The notes under the pieces were generated by a model. The model made no database searches. It was not told the origin of the DNA and saw only the letters and a program-made list of their open reading frames with translations. This document shows, one piece after another, positions 28,408 through 38,403 of a DNA stretch of 63,199 nucleotides. The first letter of the stretch is position 1. Every line of letters begins with the position of its first letter. Position numbers and translations under genes: made by a program. Source of the DNA: Lachnospiraceae bacterium (GTDB taxonomy: Bacteria; Bacillota; Clostridia; Lachnospirales; Lachnospiraceae); NCBI GenBank assembly GCA_017633935.1, contig JAGBOJ010000008.1, positions 1-63,199 of the forward strand, in the 5' to 3' direction.

Positions 28408-28947
28408 ATGATCCATATTCTTTACGGTGACGGCAAGGGGAAGACATCCGCGGCAGCGGGAATGGCGTTAAGAGCCGCGTCCTACGGGGTAAGGGTGATC
28501 TTTGCACAGTTCTTAAAGGACGGTTCATCAGGGGAGATAGCCCTCTTAAAAGAAATCCCCGGGGTAATGATCCTTAAGGCGACGCATTTTTTCGGCTTTA
28601 CCAAAAATATGACACAGGAGCAGGCAGGGATCGTTTCCGGGGAGTGCCGTGAACTTTTAGAGAAAATCAGATGTTATTTTCCGGGAGCAGATGAAGAGAC
28701 CCGCAAGGCGGACATATCTGCTCTTATTGTTATGGATGAGGTCTTAAATGCGGTGGATAAGGGACTTTTGGAAACCGGAGAACTGATATCTTTTTTGGAA
28801 GATATGCCCGAAAATGCCGAACTGGTGATGACCGGAAGAAAAGCGGACCCTGAGCTTATAAGGCTTTCCGATTATGTATCCGAGGTAAAAAAGGAAAGAC
28901 ACCCTTATGAAAACGGGGTAAGAGCAAGGACAGGGGTGGAAAAATAA
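28408..28947 (+). CDS. cobO: Cob(I)yrinic acid a,c-diamide adenosyltransferase (CobO/BtuR family)
   Basis: YGDGKGKTSAAAG, QFLK, MDE, ELVMTGR and HPYENG. Confidence 0.88.
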   Translation: MIHILYGDGKGKTSAAAGMALRAASYGVRVIFAQFLKDGSSGEIALLKEIPGVMILKATHFFGFTKNMTQEQAGIVSGECRELLEKIRCYFPGADEETRKADISALIVMDEVLNAVDKGLLETGELISFLEDMPENAELVMTGRKADPELIRLSDYVSEVKKERHPYENGVRARTGVEK

Positions 28948-29042
28948 AAAGCATTTATCAGATCGTAAATTTATGATAAAATATCTGATATATCGTTGCA
29001 GAGATATATGTTCTTTATATACTGATTAAGGAGGAAACGCGG

Positions 29043-30740
29043 ATGGATTTCAAAGAGGTCTACAAAAGCTGGCTTGAGGATGATTACTTTGACGAAGAGA
29101 CAAAAAAGGAGCTTAGGTCTATCGAGGGTAATGATGCCGAGATAGAGGACAGGTTCTATAAAGAGCTTGAGTTCGGTACCGGCGGCTTAAGAGGCGTGAT
29201 CGGCGCGGGTACAAACAGAATGAATGTTTATACCGTGCGGAAGGCTACCCAGGGTCTTGCTAATTATATCAAAAAGCAGGGGACCGGAGATAAGGGAGTG
29301 GCTATTTCCTATGATTGCCGCAGGATGTCTCCCGAATTCGCCGATGTGACAGCCCTTTGTCTGGCTGCAAACGGTATCAAGGCATATGTTTTTGATGCCT
29401 TAAGGCCGACACCCGAGCTTTCCTTTGCCGTACGCGAGCTTCACTGCACGGCAGGCGTAATGATCACTGCCAGCCACAATCCTCCGGAATATAACGGATA
29501 CAAGGCTTACTGGGATGACGGCGCCCAGATGACATCTCCCAAGGATACCGATGTCATTGACGAGGTAAGGGCGGTTGAGAAGTTTTCCGACGCAAAGACC
29601 ATGGATCTTGAAGAAGCCAAAGCAAAGGGTCTTTATGAAGTCATCGGCAAGGAAATCGATGATAAATATATGGCGGAATTGAAAAAGCAGATTATCCATC
29701 CCGAGATCATAAAAGAGGTTGCAGATGATATAAAGATAGTGTATACGCCCTTCCACGGTACCGGAAATGTACCGGTCCGCAGGATACTTGATGAACTGGG
29801 CTTTAAAAATGTTTATGTGGTACCCGAGCAGGAGCTTCCGGACCCTGATTTCACAACGTTGGATTATCCGAATCCCGAGGACCCCAAGGCGTTTGAGCTG
29901 GCTCTTAAGCTTGCAAAGGAAAAGGATGCCGATATAGTAATGGCTACAGACCCCGATGCGGACCGTCTCGGGATCTATGCAAAGGATACTAAGACAGGAG
30001 AATATATCGGATTTACCGGCAATATGTCCGGTATGCTTATCGCCGAGTATCGTTTAAGGGAGCTTAAGGCTTTAGGCAAGCTTCCGTCAAATGCAGCTCT
30101 TATAAAGACCATAGTAACGACCAATCTTGCAGATCCGATCTGTGAGGATTACGGTGTCAAGCTTATCGAGGTTCTTACGGGCTTTAAATATATCGGTGAG
30201 CAGATCAAGTGGTTTGAAGAGAATAATTCATATGAGTATGTGTTCGGACTTGAGGAATCCTACGGATGTCTGGCAGGTACCCATGCCCGCGACAAGGATG
30301 CGGTTGTGGCGGTAATGTGTCTGGCAGAGGTCGCTTCATGGTGCAAGAAGCAGGGGATCACCGTCTGGGACCAGATGATAAATATTTACGAAAAGTACGG
30401 CTACTTCAAGGAGGGCATCCATACCGTCACCTTAAAGGGAATAGACGGTGCCGAGCAGATTAAGGCCATAATGGAGAAGATAAGGAAAAATCCGCCGACG
30501 CAGTTCGGGGATCTTAAGGTAAACGAATTCAGGGATTATTTAAATGGACCCGGGGTTACGGGACTGCCTGTTTCAAATGTGCTTTACTTTGATCTTTCAA
30601 ATAATTCATGGTGCTGTGCAAGACCTTCGGGCACCGAGCCGAAGATCAAGTTCTATATGGGCGTAAAGGGAGATTCTCTTGAAGATGCCGATAAGAAGCT
30701 TGAAGAACTCAAGGAAAATGTGGTAAAGGCACTTGCTTAA
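29043..30740 (+). CDS. pgm: Phosphoglucomutase / phosphomannomutase
   Basis: FGTGGLRG, TASHNP, DPDADR, EESYG and RPSGTEPKIK. Confidence 0.93.
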   Translation: MDFKEVYKSWLEDDYFDEETKKELRSIEGNDAEIEDRFYKELEFGTGGLRGVIGAGTNRMNVYTVRKATQGLANYIKKQGTGDKGVAISYDCRRMSPEFADVTALCLAANGIKAYVFDALRPTPELSFAVRELHCTAGVMITASHNPPEYNGYKAYWDDGAQMTSPKDTDVIDEVRAVEKFSDAKTMDLEEAKAKGLYEVIGKEIDDKYMAELKKQIIHPEIIKEVADDIKIVYTPFHGTGNVPVRRILDELGFKNVYVVPEQELPDPDFTTLDYPNPEDPKAFELALKLAKEKDADIVMATDPDADRLGIYAKDTKTGEYIGFTGNMSGMLIAEYRLRELKALGKLPSNAALIKTIVTTNLADPICEDYGVKLIEVLTGFKYIGEQIKWFEENNSYEYVFGLEESYGCLAGTHARDKDAVVAVMCLAEVASWCKKQGITVWDQMINIYEKYGYFKEGIHTVTLKGIDGAEQIKAIMEKIRKNPPTQFGDLKVNEFRDYLNGPGVTGLPVSNVLYFDLSNNSWCCARPSGTEPKIKFYMGVKGDSLEDADKKLEELKENVVKALA

Positions 30741-31935
30741 AAAGGCATCGGATATAATCAACAGATTTTCACGCAGCAGGGAGCTTTATATCATGATATA
30801 TGTGATAATGGGGCTCCTTGCGGCAGTATCGGTATTTGCCGGGATAAGAAATGCGCTTATATTCAGTCAGGATTTTCAGTATGATGCGGCAAAGGCATTG
30901 CTTTACGGGACAGATCCCTATGATGTCAGCCTTGAAGGAATGAAAAGTCCCGATGTGGACGGACTGTCGGAGTTTTACTCTTATTATGAGAGTATAGGCG
31001 CTCCCCAGCGGATGGAGGCAAACCAGTTTCCTTCCCTGCTGTACCTGCTTGCGCCGTGGTGCTTTTTTAGCGCAAAAAGGGCAAGGGTCTTATGGCTGGT
31101 ATCGAATTTATTATTTACGGGATTTATTATCGTCCTTTTGCGGCATACTTTTTTTAAGGAGACGGATAAAAAGCTTTTTTTTATTTTCGTACTTTTGATG
31201 ATAGCGGGTACGCCGTGGAGAAATCAGATCGGAGTCGGGCAGCATACGCTTTTTTCCGTGATGTTTTTTCTTCTTGCGGTGTATCTTTCGGAGGAAAAAA
31301 GAATGCCGGTTCCTGCCGGCATCGCGCTTGCGGTATCCTATTTCAAGTATACCGTAACGGCTCCACTTGCGGTTTATTTTATCTATAAGAGAAGATGGAA
31401 GGAACTGATCATAAGCGTGATACCGCATATAGCAGGTACGGCAATTGCAGCGGTTTCGTTAAAGGGTTCGTTTCCGGATATGATAATAAAGCCGCTTAAG
31501 GTTGCCTCAAGCCTTTCGGGAGAAGGGAGTATGGACATAGGAGCCATTATGGGAGGCGGCATTGCCTGTGTGGTGGTGACCGTGCTGCTGATGCTCTTTT
31601 TGATCGCAGCCGGTTTTATCTGCCCCAAAGGAAACGACAGGCTTATCATTTCCCTGTGCGTGCTGCTTTCTCTTATCATGACCTATCACAGACTGTATGA
31701 TTTTTTTATCATGATCTTCGTGTTTGCGTATTTTGATGAAAGGGAGGGGGGCAGCCCGGCTGCGGAGATCTTTTATCTTTTGACCTGTTTTGATGTGTTC
31801 TTTATACCGAGGCTTTTGCATGAATCCGAAGCAGGACTTATTATAGCGGGAGTACCGTATTATTTATTTACCGTATATATTTTGATCGCGGTTGCAGAAA
31901 AAATCAGAAATAAAGGCGGGGGAATTTATGGATAA
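30733..31935 (+). CDS. Polytopic membrane glycosyltransferase, GT-C fold (GT87/DUF2029-like)
   Basis: About 10 hydrophobic segments; DFQY in the first loop, DPY, QFPS, GQ, K.T..P and YH..YD motifs. Confidence 0.65.
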   Translation: MLKKASDIINRFSRSRELYIMIYVIMGLLAAVSVFAGIRNALIFSQDFQYDAAKALLYGTDPYDVSLEGMKSPDVDGLSEFYSYYESIGAPQRMEANQFPSLLYLLAPWCFFSAKRARVLWLVSNLLFTGFIIVLLRHTFFKETDKKLFFIFVLLMIAGTPWRNQIGVGQHTLFSVMFFLLAVYLSEEKRMPVPAGIALAVSYFKYTVTAPLAVYFIYKRRWKELIISVIPHIAGTAIAAVSLKGSFPDMIIKPLKVASSLSGEGSMDIGAIMGGGIACVVVTVLLMLFLIAAGFICPKGNDRLIISLCVLLSLIMTYHRLYDFFIMIFVFAYFDEREGGSPAAEIFYLLTCFDVFFIPRLLHESEAGLIIAGVPYYLFTVYILIAVAEKIRNKGGGIYG

Positions 31936-32641
31936 GCTTTATATCATTATTCCGGCATATAATGAAGAAGCGACGATAGAAAGCATAGTTGACGAGTGGT
32001 ATCCGGTGGTTGATAAGGCGGGGGATGGTTCAAGGCTTGTCATCATTGATGACGGAAGCAGGGATGCAACCCTTGAAAAGCTGAATAAAAAGGCGGAATC
32101 GGCACCTAAGCTGATCGTAAAGCATAAGGAAAATTCCGGACACGGTCCGACCATACTTTTCGGATATAAGTATGCCATAGAAGAAGGGGCGGATTATGTG
32201 TTCCAGACCGACTCCGACGGGCAGACCGATCCGGACGAATTTAAGGCTTTCTGGAAGAACAGAGCGGATTTTGATATGCTGATAGGAGACAGGACGGGAA
32301 GACAGGACGGGTTTTCAAGGATTGTTGTTACCCGGGTGCTGCGGCTTGTCATCCTGCTTACCTTCCATGTGTGGGTGAAGGATGCGAATACGCCGTTCAG
32401 ACTGATGAACTGTAAAACCCTTAAAGTAAAGCTGAAATACATACCGGATGATTATTTTCTCACAAATGTCCTGATCTCGGTGATCTACGCAAAGCACGAT
32501 AACAGCGTACGGTATATTCCGATAACCTTTAAGCCCAGACAGGGCGGGGTCAATTCGATAAATATAAAGAAGATCTTTAATGTGGGGCTGAAGTCACTTG
32601 TTGAGTTTGTAAAATTAAACCGTATCATAAGCAGGAGTTGA
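31928..32641 (+). CDS. GT2 glycosyltransferase, polyprenyl-phosphate-sugar synthase (DPM1/GtrB-like)
   Basis: IIPAYNEE, DDGSRD, NSGHG, DSDGQ and DANTPFRL. Confidence 0.88.
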   Translation: MDKLYIIIPAYNEEATIESIVDEWYPVVDKAGDGSRLVIIDDGSRDATLEKLNKKAESAPKLIVKHKENSGHGPTILFGYKYAIEEGADYVFQTDSDGQTDPDEFKAFWKNRADFDMLIGDRTGRQDGFSRIVVTRVLRLVILLTFHVWVKDANTPFRLMNCKTLKVKLKYIPDDYFLTNVLISVIYAKHDNSVRYIPITFKPRQGGVNSINIKKIFNVGLKSLVEFVKLNRIISRS

Positions 32642-33426
32642 AGATGGAAAAAGACAGGATACTACTCTTTATACCGGCGTATAACTGTGAAAAGCAGATC
32701 ACAAGGGTGTTGAACAGCCTTGACTTACGGGTCATGAGCTTCATAGATGAGGTGATAGTGATAAATAACAGGAGCACAGACGGCACGGAGCAGGCTGTAA
32801 AAGACTTTATGAAGCTTCGATGGTCCATGCCGGTAAAGCTTCTTGAAAATGAGGAAAACTACGGACTTGGCGGATCGCACAAGGTTGCATTTGAATATGC
32901 GATAAAAAACGGGTTTGATTATGTGATAGTCCTTCACGGTGATGATCAGGGAAACATCGCAGACTTTCTGCCGGTCTTAAAAAAGAAGATATATAAGCAT
33001 TATGACTGTGTGCTTGGAGCAAGGTTTATGCTTCAGTCCAGACTGCTCGGATATTCCAGATTCAGGACCTTGGGAAATATAATCTATAATTTTCTGTTTG
33101 CTTTTGCAATAAAGCAAAGGGTGTTTGATCTGGGCTCCGGTCTTAATATGTACAGTGTGGATATGTTAAAGGACAGGTTCTACTACAGATTTCCGGATAA
33201 TCTGATGTTTAATTACTGTATGGTAATGGCAATAGGTTATTATAATCAGGTGGTCAGGTTTTATCCCATATCATGGAAGGAGACGGATCAGGTCTCAAAT
33301 GTGAAGATGACAAGTCAGGCAATAAAGGTTCTTGAGATGCTTTTTAATTTTATGGACTGTCCCACAAGCATCAGGGGTGAATACAGGGATAAGATCGTAA
33401 AGAACTACCGGGCAACGGAAAAATGA
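32638..33426 (+). CDS. GT2 glycosyltransferase (DPM1-like)
   Basis: FIPAYNCE, NNRSTD, NYGLGGS, HGDDQ and GARF. Confidence 0.85.
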   Translation: MKMEKDRILLFIPAYNCEKQITRVLNSLDLRVMSFIDEVIVINNRSTDGTEQAVKDFMKLRWSMPVKLLENEENYGLGGSHKVAFEYAIKNGFDYVIVLHGDDQGNIADFLPVLKKKIYKHYDCVLGARFMLQSRLLGYSRFRTLGNIIYNFLFAFAIKQRVFDLGSGLNMYSVDMLKDRFYYRFPDNLMFNYCMVMAIGYYNQVVRFYPISWKETDQVSNVKMTSQAIKVLEMLFNFMDCPTSIRGEYRDKIVKNYRATEK

Positions 33427-33429
33427 TCT

Positions 33430-34755
33430 ATGGGAATTATAGACAGAGGCAAAGATTATCTTAAAAGAAACGGCATCAAAAGCACTTTTTTTACGGGACT
33501 GCAGCACATTGAAAATGCCGTATCGGATATCGGGTATAATATATATTTAAAGAGTAAAAAAAACAGACGGGAATATGCGGCCGCGGATAAGCAGGAGCTG
33601 AAGATCAGCATACTCGTACCCGTTTATGAACCGGACATACATTTTCTTACGGAAATGGTACAGTCGGTCTTGGATCAGACCTACGGTAATTTTGAACTGA
33701 TCCTTTCGGATGGATCGCTGACGGAAAATTTTGAGGTCCTCAAGCTCGCAAAGAGCGATAAGAGGATAAGGTATATACGGGCCGGGGAAGGCGGCGGGAT
33801 ATCCGATAATACAAATGAAGCGCTGAGAGTGGCTGCGGGCAGGGTTGTGGCTTTTATGGATCAGGATGATCTTATCGAGCCGCGGGCTCTTGAACTTATT
33901 GCATCCGAGTTTGATAAGGGCGCTGTCATTGTCTATACGGATGAGGACAAATATCTTACCGGAAAGAACCGATATGCCAGTCCGTACAGAAAGAGGGACT
34001 ACAATTTCGACCTGCTGCTTTCAAATAATTATATCTGCCATATGTTTGCGGTAAAAAGAAGTCTTGCCAGACAGGTGAAGGGGTTTAATCCAAAGTACGA
34101 CGGCGCGCAGGATCATGATTTTATCTTAAGATGCTGCGACAGTACCGATGAGGATAAAATAGTCCATATAAAAAAAATCCTTTATCATTGGAGAGCGCAT
34201 GACGGGTCAAGCGCGGAAAATCCCATGGCGAAGGTTTATGCATACGAAAGCGGAAAAAGAGCCGTAAGACATTTTCTTAGGGAAAAAAGGATAAACACCG
34301 TGGTATGTGATACCGCTCATCTGGGGTTTTTCAGGGTAGAATATAAGGATGAATTTCCGCACAGCGGATACACGCTTTTTATAGATGATAAGCTGACTCC
34401 CTTAACAGAGGATCACGAAAGGATTCTTTCTTCCTATTTTGCCAGAAGCGATATAGGGATAGTCGGAGGCAGGGTCATATCTCCCGACGGGAGGATAATG
34501 GAAAGCGGTTATGAAAAAGATGAAAACGGCAGGATAAGGTCTCTTTTTCAGGGGAGGGACTACAGGCTTCCGGGAGCCTTTAACCTCTCGGAATGCGTAA
34601 TGGATACGGAGGCGGTATCGAAGTATGCATGCGCGGTAAGAAATGAACTGCTCGATTGCATGGACGGTAATTCCTACACTATCTGCAGCAGAATACGAAA
34701 AAGGGGATACCGGGTCGTGATAGACCCCAAGGTGGTTTTTGTAAAGAACCGATGA
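33430..34755 (+). CDS. GT2 glycosyltransferase
   Basis: SILVPVY, GISDNTN, DQDD, YTDED, GAQDHD and YHWR; degenerate second GT2 domain. Confidence 0.88.
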   Translation: MGIIDRGKDYLKRNGIKSTFFTGLQHIENAVSDIGYNIYLKSKKNRREYAAADKQELKISILVPVYEPDIHFLTEMVQSVLDQTYGNFELILSDGSLTENFEVLKLAKSDKRIRYIRAGEGGGISDNTNEALRVAAGRVVAFMDQDDLIEPRALELIASEFDKGAVIVYTDEDKYLTGKNRYASPYRKRDYNFDLLLSNNYICHMFAVKRSLARQVKGFNPKYDGAQDHDFILRCCDSTDEDKIVHIKKILYHWRAHDGSSAENPMAKVYAYESGKRAVRHFLREKRINTVVCDTAHLGFFRVEYKDEFPHSGYTLFIDDKLTPLTEDHERILSSYFARSDIGIVGGRVISPDGRIMESGYEKDENGRIRSLFQGRDYRLPGAFNLSECVMDTEAVSKYACAVRNELLDCMDGNSYTICSRIRKRGYRVVIDPKVVFVKNR

Positions 34756-35714
34756 GTACGATCAGTATAATAATACCGAATTACAACGGAAGAGATTATA
34801 TTGAAGACTGTATAAACAGTCTTTATGAGCAGGATTTTAAAGACTTTGATATCATCGTTGTGGACAATGCCTCCACAGACGGCAGTGCCGGTCTCGTTGA
34901 AGAAAAATACGGGGATATCAGGGTAAAGAGGCTTTCACAGAATTTCGGGTTTTCACGCGCGGTAAATGAAGGTCTTAAGCTGACCTCGTCGGATTATGTA
35001 ATACTCTTAAACAGTGATACGAGGGCAGACAAAGGGTTTGTGGGCGCTCTCTACGAGAGGATATCATCGGGAAATGATATTTTTTCGGCATCGGCAAAAA
35101 TGCTTCAGATGAAATCTCCCGACAGGATAGACGGGGCGGGAGATCTTTATTGTGCTTTGGGATGGGCATTTGCGAGAGGAAAAGGAAAAAAGAGCACAAG
35201 ATACGCAAAGCCCTGCAATATATTCGCAGCCTGCGGCGGAGCGGCTATTTACAGCAGGAAAAAACTGGATGAAACAGGGTGGTTTGACGAGTTTCATTTT
35301 GCTTATCTTGAGGACATTGATATAGGCTACAGGGCAAGGATAATGGGCTACAGGAATGTATATGCCCCGAATGCGGTGGTATATCACATGGGATCGGCGG
35401 TATCGGGGTCGAGATACAATGATTTCAAGATAAGGCTTTCAGCCAGAAATAATATGTATATAATCATGAAGAATATGCCTGCACTGCAGATAATAATAAA
35501 TCTGCCGTTCCTTCTTGCGGGATTTCTGGTAAAGATCCTGTTTTTTACCGTCATAGGACATCCGCGGGCATATCTTTCGGGGCTGAAAAGGGGATATCTT
35601 CTGTGCAGGGAAGGCAGAAAATATCCATACTCGAAAGAGCATTTCGGTAATTATGTGAAGATACAGATGGAACTCTGGCTTAATATATTTAAGAGGATTT
35701 TGGATTTCGTATGA
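34752..35714 (+). CDS. GT2 glycosyltransferase (WbbL-like)
   Basis: IIIPNYNG, VDNASTDGS, NFGFSRAVN, LLNSD and YLEDID. Confidence 0.88.
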   Translation: MSTISIIIPNYNGRDYIEDCINSLYEQDFKDFDIIVVDNASTDGSAGLVEEKYGDIRVKRLSQNFGFSRAVNEGLKLTSSDYVILLNSDTRADKGFVGALYERISSGNDIFSASAKMLQMKSPDRIDGAGDLYCALGWAFARGKGKKSTRYAKPCNIFAACGGAAIYSRKKLDETGWFDEFHFAYLEDIDIGYRARIMGYRNVYAPNAVVYHMGSAVSGSRYNDFKIRLSARNNMYIIMKNMPALQIIINLPFLLAGFLVKILFFTVIGHPRAYLSGLKRGYLLCREGRKYPYSKEHFGNYVKIQMELWLNIFKRILDFV

Positions 35715-37114
35715 TAAAGGATAATCAAAGGCTGTTTAACAGGCTTCATGTGGTTTTGGATGCCTTAGTTATTGCAGCTTCATATCTGGCGGCATACTAT
35801 ATAAAATTTGAATCGTGCTTTGCTGATAAGTCCGTATATCACCTGCCGTTTTTTACCTATATGACAGCGATGCCTTTTCTGGTGCCGGTCTGTCTGCTTC
35901 TTTATAACCAGTTTTCGCTTTACAGTTCAAAAAGGGTATCCGGAAGAAAAAGAGAGTTTATAAATATCGTATACGCAAACGGTATACTTCTCATAGCGTT
36001 TATCTTCGTACTCTATATCATCAACCAGCCAGACTTTTCAAGGTCGATGATAGCGATATTTTTCTTTGTTAATGTATTCGGCGAGACCCTTGTCAGGAAC
36101 ATTGTCAGATATCTTTTGAGATTTATCAGGCGCAAGGGTTACAACTTAAAGCAGGTGTTGCTGGTGGGGTATTCCCAGTCCGCAGAGGCTTATATCAACA
36201 GGATAAGGATGAACCCCCAATGGGGCTATGTGATCCGGGGGATACTGGATGACAGGGTTGAAGCCGGCACAATGTACAGAGGAGTGAAGGTACTCGGCAG
36301 AATAGGTAATCTGGATGTCATCCTTCCCGAAAACAAGCTGGATGAAATAGCGATCACCTTAAGTCTGGATGAATACGGGAAGCTTGAGAGGATCGTTAAT
36401 CTCTGCGAAAAGAGCGGGGTACATACGAAATTTATTCCGGATTACAACAGAGTCATTCCGTCCAAGCCCTATATGGAGGATTTGGACGGTCTGCCGATCA
36501 TAAATATCCGGCATGTACCGCTTACCAATACAATGAATATGATAGCCAAACGGATAGTGGATATCTTCGGCTCCATCGGACTTATCATCCTGTTTTCACC
36601 CATAATGCTTATATCGGCGATAGCGGTAAAGCTTTCTTCACCGGGACCGGTCATCTTTTCCCAGGAAAGAGTTGGTTTACATAACAAAACCTTTAAGATG
36701 TACAAATTCAGATCGATGGAGATGCAGAAGCCGGATAAAGAGGCAAAAGCATGGACGGTAAGGGACGACCCGAGAGTTACTAAGGCCGGAAGGGTACTGA
36801 GGATGACAAGTATGGATGAGCTCCCGCAACTGTTTAATATCCTTAAGGGAGATATGAGTATCGTAGGTCCGAGACCTGAAAGACCGCAGTTTGTGGAAAA
36901 GTTTAAGGAGACTATACCGAGATATATGGTAAAGCATCAGGTAAGGCCGGGACTTACAGGATGGGCACAGGTCAACGGACTTCGGGGGGATACCTCTATC
37001 CGCCGGAGGATCGAATACGATATTTTTTATATCGAAAACTGGACGATGACATTTGACATCAAGATAATGCTGATGACGGTATTCAAGGGCTTTATAAATA
37101 AGAACGCCTATTAA
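35711..37114 (+). CDS. Undecaprenyl-phosphate sugar-1-phosphate transferase (WcaJ/CpsE-type priming enzyme)
   Basis: Four N-terminal TMs; KFRSM, DPRVT, DELPQL, GPRPE and PGLTGWAQV. Confidence 0.93.
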   Translation: MIKDNQRLFNRLHVVLDALVIAASYLAAYYIKFESCFADKSVYHLPFFTYMTAMPFLVPVCLLLYNQFSLYSSKRVSGRKREFINIVYANGILLIAFIFVLYIINQPDFSRSMIAIFFFVNVFGETLVRNIVRYLLRFIRRKGYNLKQVLLVGYSQSAEAYINRIRMNPQWGYVIRGILDDRVEAGTMYRGVKVLGRIGNLDVILPENKLDEIAITLSLDEYGKLERIVNLCEKSGVHTKFIPDYNRVIPSKPYMEDLDGLPIINIRHVPLTNTMNMIAKRIVDIFGSIGLIILFSPIMLISAIAVKLSSPGPVIFSQERVGLHNKTFKMYKFRSMEMQKPDKEAKAWTVRDDPRVTKAGRVLRMTSMDELPQLFNILKGDMSIVGPRPERPQFVEKFKETIPRYMVKHQVRPGLTGWAQVNGLRGDTSIRRRIEYDIFYIENWTMTFDIKIMLMTVFKGFINKNAY

Positions 37115-37175
37115 GTATCTGTTCATAAAGAGTAAGCTGCACTCAAATACCGATTACGATACTACATATGGTAGA

Positions 37176-37205
37176 TTTGACAAAAGTTATACAACAAGGT
37201 ATAGT
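37176..37205 (+). promoter_or_regulatory. SigA-type promoter for the LCP gene
   Basis: TTGACA, 18-bp spacer, TATAGT. Confidence 0.5.
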
Positions 37206-37245
37206 ATTGGGGTATTTTAATACTTTATAGGAGATATCTGGTTGT

Positions 37246-38331
37246 ATGGCTTCCGGCAGGAGGAGAAAAAAGGGAAAAAGAAAACAGCAGAGGATAGTGC
37301 TGTTTACAGTAGAGATAATTGTCTTTATCGGACTTATCGTGGCTTTGTTTATGGCGTTAAAGTGGGATAAGGTAGATAAGGAGACACTTGAGGAAAGCGA
37401 GATATACTACAACGAAGAGCTGATCTCGGCCATGGAAGAGGCAGGGGAAGATTCGACGGAATGGAAAAAGATGTCAGGCTTTAAGAATATTGCCCTCTTC
37501 GGCGTGGATGCGGGTGAGACAAGAACCGATTCGATCATAATCGCATCCCTCAATCAGGAAAACGGAAATATAAAGCTCTGTTCCGTATACAGGGATACAT
37601 ATCTGAATCTCGGAAACGATACTTATAATAAAGCGAATTCCGCATACGCATACGGCGGTCCCGAACAGGCGATAAAGATGCTTAACATGAACCTTGATAT
37701 GACGATAAGCGATTATATCACCGTCAATTTTCAGGGGCTTGAGGATGTTATAAATGATCTGGGCGGTATAGAGATAGATGTACAGGATGTGGAGATAGAT
37801 TTCCTGAACGATTACCAGACGAGTATCGTTCAGGGCTTAGGCGGAGGAAAGCCCACCGGTGAGACGGTCATACCCGTAACAACACCCGGTCTTCAGAAAT
37901 TAAACGGCCTTCAGGCTACGGCATATTGCCGTATCAGATATACGAGAGGCGATGACTTCAGAAGAACCGAAAGACAGAGGGCGGTGCTGCAGCAGATTGC
38001 ATTAAAGGCAAAGGCAGCGGATGTGGCTACCTTAAACAAGATCATAGATGATGTGCTCCCGAAGGTTAAAACCTCGCTTAAGGCATCCGAATTTGCAGAA
38101 TACGCAGCACAGGCTGCAAGTCTTAATGTTGTGGATACGAGCGGATTTCCGTTTGACAGGGTTACGGGCAATATGGGAAAGGCCGGCAGCAGCGTCGTTG
38201 CGGATGATCTGAAATCAAACGTGACAAAGCTTCATCAGTTCCTTTTTGATGAGGAGGGATATGTTCCCACAGGTACGGTTCAGGAGATCAGCAATAAGAT
38301 ACAGAATGACAGAAACAGCTACGGAGTCTGA
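37246..38331 (+). CDS. LytR-CpsA-Psr (LCP) family glycopolymer-peptidoglycan ligase
   Basis: Basic N-terminus and one TM; NIALFGVD, RTDSII, SVYRDT, KANSAY, YCRIR and DFRRTERQR. Confidence 0.92.
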   Translation: MASGRRRKKGKRKQQRIVLFTVEIIVFIGLIVALFMALKWDKVDKETLEESEIYYNEELISAMEEAGEDSTEWKKMSGFKNIALFGVDAGETRTDSIIIASLNQENGNIKLCSVYRDTYLNLGNDTYNKANSAYAYGGPEQAIKMLNMNLDMTISDYITVNFQGLEDVINDLGGIEIDVQDVEIDFLNDYQTSIVQGLGGGKPTGETVIPVTTPGLQKLNGLQATAYCRIRYTRGDDFRRTERQRAVLQQIALKAKAADVATLNKIIDDVLPKVKTSLKASEFAEYAAQAASLNVVDTSGFPFDRVTGNMGKAGSSVVADDLKSNVTKLHQFLFDEEGYVPTGTVQEISNKIQNDRNSYGV

Positions 38332-38360
38332 TAAAAGAATCCTTTAAGCAAACGGAGGAG

Positions 38361-38388
38361 GCATAGATGTAAGTTCATCTATGCTTTT
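38361..38388 (+). terminator. Intrinsic terminator after the LCP gene
   Basis: GCATAGATG / CATCTATGC 9-bp stem followed by TTTT. Confidence 0.6.
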
Positions 38389-38403
38389 CTTATAGGATGG
38401 AAT

